64,000 nucleotides of DNA from an uncultured Ectothiorhodospiraceae bacterium (GTDB lineage Bacteria > Pseudomonadota > Gammaproteobacteria > SZUA-152), in assembly GCA_964401355.1 (NCBI GenBank), contig CAYNYJ010000001.1, positions 10,535 through 74,534 on the forward strand, read 5' to 3'. The position numbers were made by a program, and so were the translations under genes. Below, piece by piece: positions 37,020 to 45,531 of this stretch; the stretch's first letter is position 1, and each line of letters starts with the position of its first letter. The notes below the pieces were generated by a model. The model saw only the letters and a list, made by a program, of their open reading frames with translations. It searched no databases and was not told where the DNA came from.

Positions 37020-37658
37020 CTAATCTCCAGAAGCTTTGTGCAATACTGATTGTGCTTCTTGCAGCTCACCAGTGGTATTAATATTTTTAAAACTCTTATA
37101 TTCATCTGAGAAATCGACCACCGTGTGAGGCAGACTGGTGACCCACGTTTCTACTTTACGTTGACCTGAACTCAGATAGTCCTGTAATGAGACGATGAGG
37201 TTGGGCGCATAAAGCCCAAAAAGCGGTTGTAGCCGAGTGCCGTCATGTGGAATAACTGCAGATATTTTTTTGACGGCGGCTGAGTTTAACAAACGGTTGG
37301 CAAGATCGGTCGGCAGCAATGGGGCATCACAGGGAATGACGAGCAGGGGAAGCTTGTTTGAATATTCCAGCCCACACAAAATACCGGCGAGTGGCCCTTG
37401 AAAACCATCAAGGCTGTCTTGCAGAACAGTGAACCCGTATTGACGATATTGTTCGATATTTCTATTGGCGCTGATAAAAATTTCATTCACCTGTGGTTGC
37501 AATTTTGTAATGCAGTGTTCGATCAAACACTTGCTTTCAAAGAGGATCAAGCCTTTATCCTCGCCTCCCATGCGTTTTCCACGTCCACCGGCTAGTATTA
37601 AACCATTAACCTTGGTTGCATTATTTGCATCCCATTTTTTCACTGCAGTATTCATCAT
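37020..37658 (-). CDS. mobA: Molybdenum cofactor guanylyltransferase MobA
   Basis: LILAGGRGKRMGGEDKGL nucleotide-binding motif. Confidence 0.88.
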   Translation of the reverse strand: MMNTAVKKWDANNATKVNGLILAGGRGKRMGGEDKGLILFESKCLIEHCITKLQPQVNEIFISANRNIEQYRQYGFTVLQDSLDGFQGPLAGILCGLEYSNKLPLLVIPCDAPLLPTDLANRLLNSAAVKKISAVIPHDGTRLQPLFGLYAPNLIVSLQDYLSSGQRKVETWVTSLPHTVVDFSDEYKSFKNINTTGELQEAQSVLHKASGD

Positions 37659-37676
37659 TCAGTACTCGGTGGCGTA

Positions 37677-38189
37677 TCAATCAAAGTTTCCATTATCATA
37701 ATCTATGGCAACAACGAACATGGCCACTTCACCACTTGGTGTGTGAACCAGGATTTCGTCTCCAACGGACTTTTTCATCAGTGCAGTTGCCACAGGAGAG
37801 TCGATACTGATATATCCTTGTGCCGGGTCAATTTCGTCGGGGCCAACTATTCGATATCGTTGAATATTTTCCATTTCATCCTTTAGTTTGACCCAGGCTC
37901 CGAAATAGATGCTGCTGGGATCACGGGGCGCGCTGTCAACAACGGTAATATGGTCTAATCGCTGCCGTAAAAAGCGTACACGGCGGTCAATTTCCCGCAA
38001 CTGTTTTTTGCCATAAATGTACTCGGCATTTTCGGAGCGATCCCCTTGCGCGGCTGCCTCGCGCACGGCTTGCGTGACCTTGGGCCGCTGCTGCTTCCAC
38101 AAAAAATTGAGTTCCTCTTCCAGGCGACGATGGCCCTCGGGAGTAATGTATTTAGAACCCGGTTTTTGTGGTGGACGATATCGGCCCAT
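37677..38189 (-). CDS. greB: Transcription elongation factor GreB
   Basis: Gre family protein with GreB-type residues (GDRSENAEYIYGKKQLREIDRRVRFL). It is distinct from the greA at 11554. Only 18 nt separate its stop from the mobA start. Confidence 0.85.
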   Translation of the reverse strand: MGRYRPPQKPGSKYITPEGHRRLEEELNFLWKQQRPKVTQAVREAAAQGDRSENAEYIYGKKQLREIDRRVRFLRQRLDHITVVDSAPRDPSSIYFGAWVKLKDEMENIQRYRIVGPDEIDPAQGYISIDSPVATALMKKSVGDEILVHTPSGEVAMFVVAIDYDNGNFD

Positions 38190-38331
38190 AACTGTTTCCT
38201 AAAAAGTGTTGTCTCTCTGATTCGAATTCTCTGTAATGATACACATCATTGCAGAGATTTGGTGATTGCTGAGCTGTGTAACACCGGACATTCGGGTACA
38301 TCTTTTCAAATTGTGGTTCTAGCGATAGCTC

Positions 38332-38363
38332 TTGACTCTGTTGTGGGGTACGGAGCCTAAAAT
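38332..38363 (+). promoter_or_regulatory. MerR-type operator/promoter (Pmer-like) upstream of the merA leader
   Basis: -35 TTGACT, a 20-bp spacer (19 if the -10 is CTAAAA), and -10 TAAAAT. The spacer carries the dyad CTCTGTTG-TGGG-GTACGGAG. The right half, GTACGGA, is identical to the Tn21/Tn501 merO right half-site. The left half is degenerate. Confidence 0.6.
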
Positions 38364-38460
38364 AGCGACAGAATGTCCATCTGCCGCAAGGAATGGCACT
38401 ACAGAAAATTCGTCAGGGGCGGGCGTTAAGGAGCCAGTCCTGGCGGATAACGACAAAAAA

Positions 38461-38584
38461 TATGCGCAATGGATTATTGGTGACCCGGACTATTACAGGC
38501 ATGGCGGCCCTCAGCGCGTGCAGCTGTGGGTTGTTTGACCGTTGCCACGAAGATGGCAGGTTAGCCATTGAGGCTAAATTATGA
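38461..38584 (+). CDS. Candidate 40-aa Cys-rich leader peptide (lipobox-like LSAC; resembles the MerT N-terminal segment), possibly a merT remnant
   Basis: ATG 38461...TGA 38584, and the stop overlaps the merA ATG (ATGA). The sequence is MRNGLLVTRTITGMAALSAC|SCGLFDRCHEDGRLAIEAKL. GMAALSACSCGLF echoes the MerT first-TM vicinal Cys region (LAAILASACCLGPL). No SD is at a proper distance, so translation is uncertain. Confidence 0.25.
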
Positions 38585-40038
38585 GTCAATATTGTAGTGA
38601 GCAGAAAAACGACGATCAGATATACCCTCATCGTAACGGCGAAATGTTGCATATTGCGATTGTAGGTACAGGTTCTGGAGCATTTGCAGCGGCGATTGAG
38701 GCGGCTCAACGAGGCGCACGTGTCACTATTATTGAAGCCTGTGAAGTGATTGGCGGTACCTGCGTCAATACGGGCTGTGTGCCGTCGAAGATTCTGATTC
38801 ATGGGGCACACATCGCGCACCAGCAAGACCATCATGCAGTCGCCGGTGTTCCGCTGAATACGCCAGTGATTGACCGAAAGGCGATGGTGGTTCAGCAGCA
38901 GGCGTGGGTTGAAAAGTTGCGTTTTGAAAAATATGAAAATATCCTGGAGATGCATTCTGGCATTACACTTTTACGGGGTCAGGCACGGTTTCAAAATACC
39001 CGTACCTTGCTTGTTGATCATGCTGATGGAACGGTAAGCACCTTGCTGCCTGACCGTATTTTACTTGCGGTGGGTGCGAGCCCATTTATTCCTGATATTA
39101 ATGGGCTGAGCGATACACCCTATTGGACGTCGACGGAGGCATTGGTCGCCGAGAAAATTCCACAACATCTTATTGTGCTGGGTAGTTCCGTCGTAGCACT
39201 GGAACTCGCCCAGGCCTATCGACATTTGGGGGCGAAAGTGACGGTGCTTGCGCGACGTCGTTTGTTGATGCAGGAGGATCTGCAATTGGCGGAGGGCATT
39301 CAGAAAATTTTTACAGACGAAGGTATCGATGTCATGTTGCATACCACCACGCAATCGATTCACCATGATGGTCAACAATTCATGTTAGCGACAAATCACG
39401 GTGAAGTTTTCGGTGAGCGCTTACTCATTGCCACCGGACGCCGTTCCAACACCCGCGCCTTAAATCTTGAGAAGTCCGGAGTGGAGACCGATGCTCAAGA
39501 TGCCATTGTGGTTGATAAGCACATGCGTACCAACATGAATAATATTTCTGCCGTTGGGGATTGCACTAATCAACCCCAATTTGTGTATGTCGCCGCGGCT
39601 GCCGGCACTTGTGCGGCACGTAATATGACGGGCAGTGAGGTTAGCCTGGATTTATCAGTGATTCCCGCAGTGATCTTTACCCATCCCCAAATCGCGACAG
39701 TTGGGCTCAGTTTGCAACAGGCGAAGCAACAGGGGCTAAAGGTACAGAGTCGTACTCTTGAATTGGCAAACGTGCCTCGTGCCTTGGCAAATATGGATAC
39801 CCGTGGCTTTATCAAATTAGTTGCAGAAAAAGAACAGGGGCGCATTGTTGGTTGTCAGGTGCTGGCGGCGGAGGGTGGAGAAATTATTCAAACGGCTGCT
39901 TTGGCTATTAGCCATCGTATGAGCATTGAAGATCTAACCCATCAATTATTCCCCTATTTAACGATGGCGGAGGGTCTGAAACTCTGCGCCCAAACTTTTG
40001 ATAAGGATGTTAAGCAGCTTTCCTGCTGTGCAGGCTGA
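38581..40038 (+). CDS. merA: Mercuric reductase MerA, core enzyme lacking the N-terminal HMA (NmerA) domain
   Basis: Pyridine nucleotide-disulfide oxidoreductase with redox-active GGTCVNTGCVPSK, the FPYLTM Tyr, and the MerA-specific C-terminal ...KDVKQLSCCAG, nearly identical to the Tn501 MerA tail. There is no GMTCxxC domain. The alternative start at 38644 (MLHIAIVGTGSG) would remove a 21-aa linker-like extension. Confidence 0.9.
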   Translation: MSQYCSEQKNDDQIYPHRNGEMLHIAIVGTGSGAFAAAIEAAQRGARVTIIEACEVIGGTCVNTGCVPSKILIHGAHIAHQQDHHAVAGVPLNTPVIDRKAMVVQQQAWVEKLRFEKYENILEMHSGITLLRGQARFQNTRTLLVDHADGTVSTLLPDRILLAVGASPFIPDINGLSDTPYWTSTEALVAEKIPQHLIVLGSSVVALELAQAYRHLGAKVTVLARRRLLMQEDLQLAEGIQKIFTDEGIDVMLHTTTQSIHHDGQQFMLATNHGEVFGERLLIATGRRSNTRALNLEKSGVETDAQDAIVVDKHMRTNMNNISAVGDCTNQPQFVYVAAAAGTCAARNMTGSEVSLDLSVIPAVIFTHPQIATVGLSLQQAKQQGLKVQSRTLELANVPRALANMDTRGFIKLVAEKEQGRIVGCQVLAAEGGEIIQTAALAISHRMSIEDLTHQLFPYLTMAEGLKLCAQTFDKDVKQLSCCAG

Positions 40039-40067
40039 GTAGGAAACAAATTTTGCGTGATCCTATA

Positions 40068-40098
40068 TTGTAAATAGTTGCCAGCGCAGGGCTATAAT
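40068..40098 (+). promoter_or_regulatory. Candidate promoter with a 19-bp spacer upstream of merR
   Basis: TTGTAA-N19-TATAAT, 42 nt upstream of the merR ATG. The over-long spacer is typical of MerR-family-regulated promoters. No clear dyad. Confidence 0.3.
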
Positions 40099-40139
40099 AG
40101 AAAAAGAGAAAACTACCTTCTGTTACTCGGTTCAAGACC

Positions 40140-40568
40140 ATGAATTTCAACAGTATCACTTTTACCATCGGTAAGCTCGCCGCCGCTGCTCATGTGAATG
40201 TCGAGACCATTCGTTATTATCAACGCCTGAAATTAATCCCAGAACCGAGTAAACCGGCACAGGGTTATCGTCGCTATCCTGCTGAAATTGTTTCACGAGT
40301 GCGGTTTATAAAGCGCACACAATTGCTCGGTTTTACACTCAAAGAAATTCAGGAATTATTGAACCTTGGTGACGGTCACTGTCAGCAAGTGCAATATTTG
40401 GCGGAAGAAAAAATACACAGCATTGAAGAGCGTATTGCCGATTTGAAAGTAATGCGCATAGCCCTCAAAGATTTTCTCATCGACTGTCAGGCAACGGGCT
40501 CAGAAAATACGCAATGTGCGCTTATCGAAGCCATAGTCTCGATGACTCGCATGGATGTAAATGAGTAA
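40140..40568 (+). CDS. merR: Hg(II)-responsive MerR family transcriptional regulator
   Basis: N-terminal HTH (FTIGKLAAAAHVNVETIRYYQRLKLI) and Cys residues at 81, 116 and 126. These match the metal-binding Cys82/117/126 spacing of Tn501/Tn21 MerR. It lies downstream of merA on the same strand. Confidence 0.82.
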   Translation: MNFNSITFTIGKLAAAAHVNVETIRYYQRLKLIPEPSKPAQGYRRYPAEIVSRVRFIKRTQLLGFTLKEIQELLNLGDGHCQQVQYLAEEKIHSIEERIADLKVMRIALKDFLIDCQATGSENTQCALIEAIVSMTRMDVNE

Positions 40569-40739
40569 AATTGAGTCGATTCAAGGCTTGACTGACAAAG
40601 CTCGGATCAGGTTTACTTAACGGCATTCCTGTACCGACGGTCGCGTATCCAGAATAAGCAAAGATTGACTGCTCGGGTAATCGGCAGCGTCTCTTGGGCA
40701 AACTGGCAAAATGGGTAAACGGCGATGGAAACAATATAT

Positions 40740-41237
40740 ATGAACACCAGCAAACAAGTGAAGGTGCTTTTTGTGTGCATGGGCAATATCTGCCGATCTC
40801 CAACAGCCGAGGGTGTCTTTGCCGCACAGGTCAAAAAGGCACAGCTGGATCATTTCATCGAAATTGACTCGGCAGGGACCCATGCCTATCACGTGGGAGA
40901 GGGGCCAGATGCTCGTGCACAAAAGACGGCATTAAAACGTGGCGTGAATTTATCGGCTTTAAGTGCTCGGCGTGTGAACTCGGCTGATTTTGAACGGTTT
41001 GATTATGTACTAGCGATGGATCGGGACAATTATCAAGGCTTGGAAGTCATTTGTCCGCCGGGATCCGAACACAAGTTGCATCTGTTTCTGAGTTTTGCGC
41101 CGAATCTTGAATATGACGAAGTGCCGGATCCGTATTACGGGGGGGCGACAGGTTTTGAACGCGTGCTGGATATGATCGAAGAGGCGTCAGAAGGTTTGTT
41201 GACAGAAATCCGGTTACGACATTTAAGTCACGAGTAA
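40740..41237 (+). CDS. Low-molecular-weight protein-tyrosine phosphatase
   Basis: P-loop VLFVCMGNICRSP (CX5R) and the D-P-Y-Y motif (VPDPYYGG). This is classical LMW-PTP, not the ArsC subtype. Confidence 0.85.
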   Translation: MNTSKQVKVLFVCMGNICRSPTAEGVFAAQVKKAQLDHFIEIDSAGTHAYHVGEGPDARAQKTALKRGVNLSALSARRVNSADFERFDYVLAMDRDNYQGLEVICPPGSEHKLHLFLSFAPNLEYDEVPDPYYGGATGFERVLDMIEEASEGLLTEIRLRHLSHE

Positions 41238-41293
41238 TAAAAAGACGATATTTATGGATGGGTGCTTTGAGGTAAAGCGCCCCAGTCAGTACA

Positions 41294-41325
41294 CGGCTCC
41301 AGCCAGACCGTTCTGACTGGAGCCG
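41294..41325. terminator. Inverted repeat between convergent LMW-PTP and rne 3' ends
   Basis: Perfect 9-bp arms CGGCTCCAG...CTGGAGCCG with a 14-nt loop, nested inside CCAGTCAG...CTGACTGG. No U-tract on either strand. Confidence 0.35.
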
Positions 41326-41337
41326 TGGGTATCGATG

Positions 41338-44112
41338 TCAGTGGTTTTCGTCGGGTGTTTTTTCCGTTTTCATAGCGGGGCGTGGTGCGACCTGAGCATC
41401 CAACAGAGGTGGCTGCGAGCCACTGGAAGCTCCTGACGACTGCTTATCCACTGATTTTGTGTCTGCTGCGCTGGCGGCAGCAGTCCCTTGTGACGGGGCA
41501 GGTGAAGCAACGGTAGCGTTGACGTTTTGTTTAACCGACGCTGTTGAATCAGACGCTGGCTTACTTGCCTGCGGCTTTTCTGGAATTGTAGCCGGTTTTG
41601 TTTCAACCCTTACAGGGGCGGGTTTGGTTTCCGCGGGCGTTGATGCAGGCTTGGGTGCGGCAGGCGTTGTGGCGGCTGTGTCGTGGGTCGTCGTTGACTC
41701 GCTGCGGGTTTTTGCCTCTGTTTTCGTTGTTCCCGTGTTTTCTGGAGCAGGCTTGGGCTGCGTTTCTTTTGGCGTGGCCACTGGCTTTTCAGTGGTCTTG
41801 TTTGATGAAGAGACAGATTGAGACAGCACCACCGCAGTATCTTTGTTGGTGGTATCGCTCTTTTTTGCACTCTCTGTGGTGCTTTCAGTTGCGGCATCCG
41901 TAGCATGGGTATCTGTAGCGTCAGTGCGTGTCTGCTCATTGACATTAGTATTAGCAGTTTGGCTGCTGCCACTATCACGACGACGACGACGCCCACCCCG
42001 ACGGCCACGACGTGAACTGCTCTTTTGACCTTCGGTGCGCTCCTTATTCTCAGGGCTGGCAGCTTGGTCAGTGGCGCTTGTATCGAGGGTTTTGGAATCA
42101 CTGCTTTGCGTATCGCTTGCTTTCGCATCCCGATCCTTTGGCCCACGTCTGCTAGCCTCTTTTGCCGGTGGTTTTGATGTTGAAGTTTTCACTGAATCCG
42201 CTTTTGTCCGGCCGCCCTTGTTTTGAGTGCTATCCTGTTTGTTGCGGGTGTCATTACGACTGTCACTTCGAGAACGGCCACCTCGGCGATTGGTACTTGC
42301 GCGCCCCGCTGAACCCGATCCACCACCACCACGACCGCCGCGTGAGCGGCTTTGAGTCGGCCGACTTGGGGCTTCTTTTTCCGCAGGCTTGGCCGGGCTG
42401 GCCTCCTCCGCGGTGTCATTGCCCACCAAACTGCTCCAAATACGCTTGATCAGCCCACTTTGCTTTGCTGTGCTTTCTTGCCTTGAGGTGATCTGTGGCG
42501 CGGGAGCCGAGGGGGTGACACCTTTGACTACCGGGACTTCACTGGTCATTTTGGGCTTGTCATCCAGTGATTCAGAGTCTTCTTCGCGTTCAACGGCCAT
42601 GGAATAGCTGACTTGAGAGTCGGCATCATGCGCAAGGTCCGCAGCGCGTTCACGCACAATTTCGTAATGCGGGGTGTCAAATGTTGGATTAGGAATCAAG
42701 ATGACTTTGACGCTCTGACGGCTCTCGATATCGCTAATGGCCTGGCGTTTTTCGTTGAGCAGGAAGGTCGCCACGTTTACCGGCACTTGTACCACGATGC
42801 GTGCGGTTTGTTCCTTCATGGCATCCTCTTCAATGATGCGCAGAATGGACAGGGCGAGCGATTCCGTGCCTCGAATCGTCCCGTGACCTTCGCAGCGTGG
42901 ACAAACGATTTGCACGGACTCACCCAGCGAAGGACGCAGCCGCTGTCGTGACATTTCCAGTAAACCAAAACGGGAAATCCGCCCGATCTGGACACGGGCA
43001 CGATCCATTTTGAGGGCTTCACGCAGGGTATTTTCTACCTCGCGCTGGTTGCGTGCGGCGGACATATCGATAAAGTCGATGACCACCAGTCCGCCAAGAT
43101 CACGCAGACGCAATTGCCGTGCGACTTCTTCCGCCGCTTCACGATTGGTATTCAGTGCGGTTTCTTCAATGTCACTGCCTTTTGTGGCGCGTGCCGAGTT
43201 GATGTCGATGGAGATCAGGGCCTCGGTGTGATCAATCACAATGGCGCCGCCAGAGGGCAGACGCACTTCGCGTTTAAAGGCGGTCTCGATTTGAGATTCA
43301 ATCTGATAACGCGTGAACAGGGGCACGCTGTCTTCGTAGAGTTTAAGTTTATCCAGATTATGCGGCATCACTAACTGCATGAACTCGGTGGCCCGGTCAA
43401 AGGTCGCCTTGTCGTCGATGAGGATTTCAGCAATGTCTTTACGCAAATTGTCACGAATCGCACGGATGATAACGTCGCTTTCCTGATAAATCAGGAAAGG
43501 CGTTGCCCCTTCTTTGGAAGCTTTGTCGATGACCTCCCACAATTGCAACAGGTAATCGAGATCCCACTGCAATTCTTCAGGATTTTTGCCGACACCGGCA
43601 GTACGCACGATAAGGCCCATGTCTTCTGGCACGGTAAGTGAAGCCAGTGCATCACGGATTTCATTGCGCTCTTCACCGACGATACGGCGCGATACGCCAC
43701 CAGCCCGAGGGTTGTTTGGCATTAAGACCAAATAGCGTCCGGCGAGACTGACGAAGGTGGTGAGTGCAGCGCCTTTGTTGCCGCGCTCCTCTTTTTCGAC
43801 CTGCACAACGATTTCCTGGCCTTCCTTCAATACCTGTTTGATATTGACGCGACCACCGGCCAGCGAGACGTTGGGGTTAAAATAGGAGCGTGAAATTTCT
43901 TTTAGCGGCAGGAAACCATGTCGGTCGGAACCGTAATCAACAAAGGCAGCTTCGAGGCTAGGCTCAAGGCGGGTAATGCGGGCTTTATAAATATTGGATT
44001 TTTTTTGTTCGCGACCGGCAGTTTCGATATCCAGATCATAAAGCCGCTGTCCATCGACCATAGCAACACGCAACTCTTCCGGCTGAGTTGCGTTAAACAA
44101 CATTCTTTTCAT
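41338..44112 (-). CDS. rne: Ribonuclease E
   Basis: N-terminal catalytic half ([31 protein letters not shown]1 domain, DNase I-like, Zn-link CPRCEGHG). The C-terminal half is an Arg-rich and S/T/P/K-rich low-complexity scaffold. It is divergent from rluC as in E. coli and Pseudomonas. Confidence 0.93.
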   Translation of the reverse strand: MKRMLFNATQPEELRVAMVDGQRLYDLDIETAGREQKKSNIYKARITRLEPSLEAAFVDYGSDRHGFLPLKEISRSYFNPNVSLAGGRVNIKQVLKEGQEIVVQVEKEERGNKGAALTTFVSLAGRYLVLMPNNPRAGGVSRRIVGEERNEIRDALASLTVPEDMGLIVRTAGVGKNPEELQWDLDYLLQLWEVIDKASKEGATPFLIYQESDVIIRAIRDNLRKDIAEILIDDKATFDRATEFMQLVMPHNLDKLKLYEDSVPLFTRYQIESQIETAFKREVRLPSGGAIVIDHTEALISIDINSARATKGSDIEETALNTNREAAEEVARQLRLRDLGGLVVIDFIDMSAARNQREVENTLREALKMDRARVQIGRISRFGLLEMSRQRLRPSLGESVQIVCPRCEGHGTIRGTESLALSILRIIEEDAMKEQTARIVVQVPVNVATFLLNEKRQAISDIESRQSVKVILIPNPTFDTPHYEIVRERAADLAHDADSQVSYSMAVEREEDSESLDDKPKMTSEVPVVKGVTPSAPAPQITSRQESTAKQSGLIKRIWSSLVGNDTAEEASPAKPAEKEAPSRPTQSRSRGGRGGGGSGSAGRASTNRRGGRSRSDSRNDTRNKQDSTQNKGGRTKADSVKTSTSKPPAKEASRRGPKDRDAKASDTQSSDSKTLDTSATDQAASPENKERTEGQKSSSRRGRRGGRRRRRDSGSSQTANTNVNEQTRTDATDTHATDAATESTTESAKKSDTTNKDTAVVLSQSVSSSNKTTEKPVATPKETQPKPAPENTGTTKTEAKTRSESTTTHDTAATTPAAPKPASTPAETKPAPVRVETKPATIPEKPQASKPASDSTASVKQNVNATVASPAPSQGTAAASAADTKSVDKQSSGASSGSQPPLLDAQVAPRPAMKTEKTPDENH

Positions 44113-44493
44113 TTTATTCGTCCATGCGCTCGACCATTGATCCCTTGTGGCTGCGGGTACAGGGGCAATACAAACGATAACCGGGACAACCGCCCGCTGG
44201 CGCAGCCTCATTCCCTTTCGATGGAAAGGGCTGGACGTCGCGAGCCTGGTCGCACAGCTATCGGTCAGCTCATCATGAACACGTTAGGAACATGGGAGCG
44301 CACTCAATAGGGTAAAAAAACACCCGTCATGACACGGATGTCGAAATTTTGTTACGTTCTCTAGTCACGCCGACGAAAGAGTAAAGTTGTCGGAAAGTGG
44401 ACGTAGAATCAATATTATCCCGCAATAAGCCAAGTAAATATAACAGTCTTCGCGGATAGCATCAATCTTGGCATGATTTGTTATCATAGGCCG
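44113..44493 (-). promoter_or_regulatory. Long rne 5' leader and divergent rne/rluC promoter region
   Basis: 381-bp gap upstream of rne on the minus strand. E. coli rne has a roughly 360-nt autoregulatory structured 5' UTR in the same syntenic position. Confidence 0.45.
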
Positions 44494-45489
44494 ATGAATC
44501 AGCCGCCCCCCAAAACCACTCCAAAAGTATATTTTGTCGAGATCGATGAGGATCGTGCGGGTCAGCGAATTGATAACTTTTTGCTTGCCAGCCTCAAAGG
44601 TGTCCCAAAGAGTCGCGTTTATCGCATTTTGCGCAAGGGAGAAGTGCGCGTAAACAAGGGCCGAATCAAGGCCAGCTATCGCCTGCAAGCCGGCGATACG
44701 GTACGGATTCCGCCCATTCGCCAGGCTGAGCCTGACGCCCCGGTAAGCCCGGGGGCTCATGTGCTGGCGCGGATCGATGCCAATATCCTGGCGGAGGAAA
44801 AAGGGTTTCTGGTGCTGAACAAACCCTCCGGTATTGCCGTACACGGTGGCAGTGGCTTGCATTATGGTGTGATCGAGGCACTGCGAGCACTGCGGCCAGA
44901 CGCGCCGTACCTGGAATTAGTGCACCGTCTGGATCGCGAGACCTCGGGTTGCCTGCTCATCGCGAAACGACGCAGTATCTTGCGGGAAATGCACCGCCTG
45001 TTTCGAGTCGAGGGCCGTGAGCAATTAAGTGAAATCAGCATGGATAAACGCTACCTGGCGTTGTTAATGGGGCACTGGGAGGGGGGCGAACGACGGGTTA
45101 ATATGCCGCTATTGAAAAACACCCAGCGTTCCGGTGAGCGGATGGTGACGGTTAACCCCGAAGGCAAAGCTGCACTGAGTCTGTTTCGCCCGGTGACCCG
45201 CTATGCAGATGCCACCCTGGTGGAAATCCGTTTGCTGACCGGCCGCACCCATCAGATTCGGGTGCATGCGGCGGCTATCGGCCACCCGATTGCAGGTGAT
45301 CAAAAATATGGCGACGAAGAGTTTAACCGTTTCATGAAGGCGCAGGGTTTGCGCCGTTTGTTTTTGCATGCGCGATCATTGACCTTCGCCCTGGATTTGG
45401 AGGGCCATGATCAGCCCTACCAATTTTCCGCGCCACTGGAAAAAGAACTCGAAGCTGTATTGACTGCGTTGAAGCCATCAGCGTCTTAA
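44494..45489 (+). CDS. rluC: 23S rRNA pseudouridine synthase RluC
   Basis: S4 domain plus the RluA-family catalytic motif HRLDRETSGCLLIAK. It aligns with E. coli RluC from the ATG at 44494. Confidence 0.9.
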   Translation: MNQPPPKTTPKVYFVEIDEDRAGQRIDNFLLASLKGVPKSRVYRILRKGEVRVNKGRIKASYRLQAGDTVRIPPIRQAEPDAPVSPGAHVLARIDANILAEEKGFLVLNKPSGIAVHGGSGLHYGVIEALRALRPDAPYLELVHRLDRETSGCLLIAKRRSILREMHRLFRVEGREQLSEISMDKRYLALLMGHWEGGERRVNMPLLKNTQRSGERMVTVNPEGKAALSLFRPVTRYADATLVEIRLLTGRTHQIRVHAAAIGHPIAGDQKYGDEEFNRFMKAQGLRRLFLHARSLTFALDLEGHDQPYQFSAPLEKELEAVLTALKPSAS

Positions 45490-45531
45490 TAGCCTACACA
45501 GTGATATTGAATAAACAGGCAGTAGAAAGAT

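Noticed and set aside
38235-38250. Canonical Fur box
   Set aside because: The hexamer arms match but the central spacing is 4 nt instead of 1, so it is not a 19-bp Fur consensus. It is reported only as a generic palindrome.
40740-41237. LMW-PTP as an ArsC-type arsenate reductase linked to the metal-resistance islet
   Set aside because: It has the D-P-Y-Y motif and lacks the second and third Cys of the ArsC (pI258) subtype. It is a genuine tyrosine phosphatase, and its linkage to mer is probably coincidental.
38190-41340. Tn21/Tn501-family transposon context (38-bp IRs GGGGTCGTCTCAGAAAACGGAAAATAAAGCACGCTAAG, tnpA/tnpR, res site) around the mer genes
   Set aside because: No such sequences or ORFs are present. 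The islet abuts greB and the rne 3' end directly.
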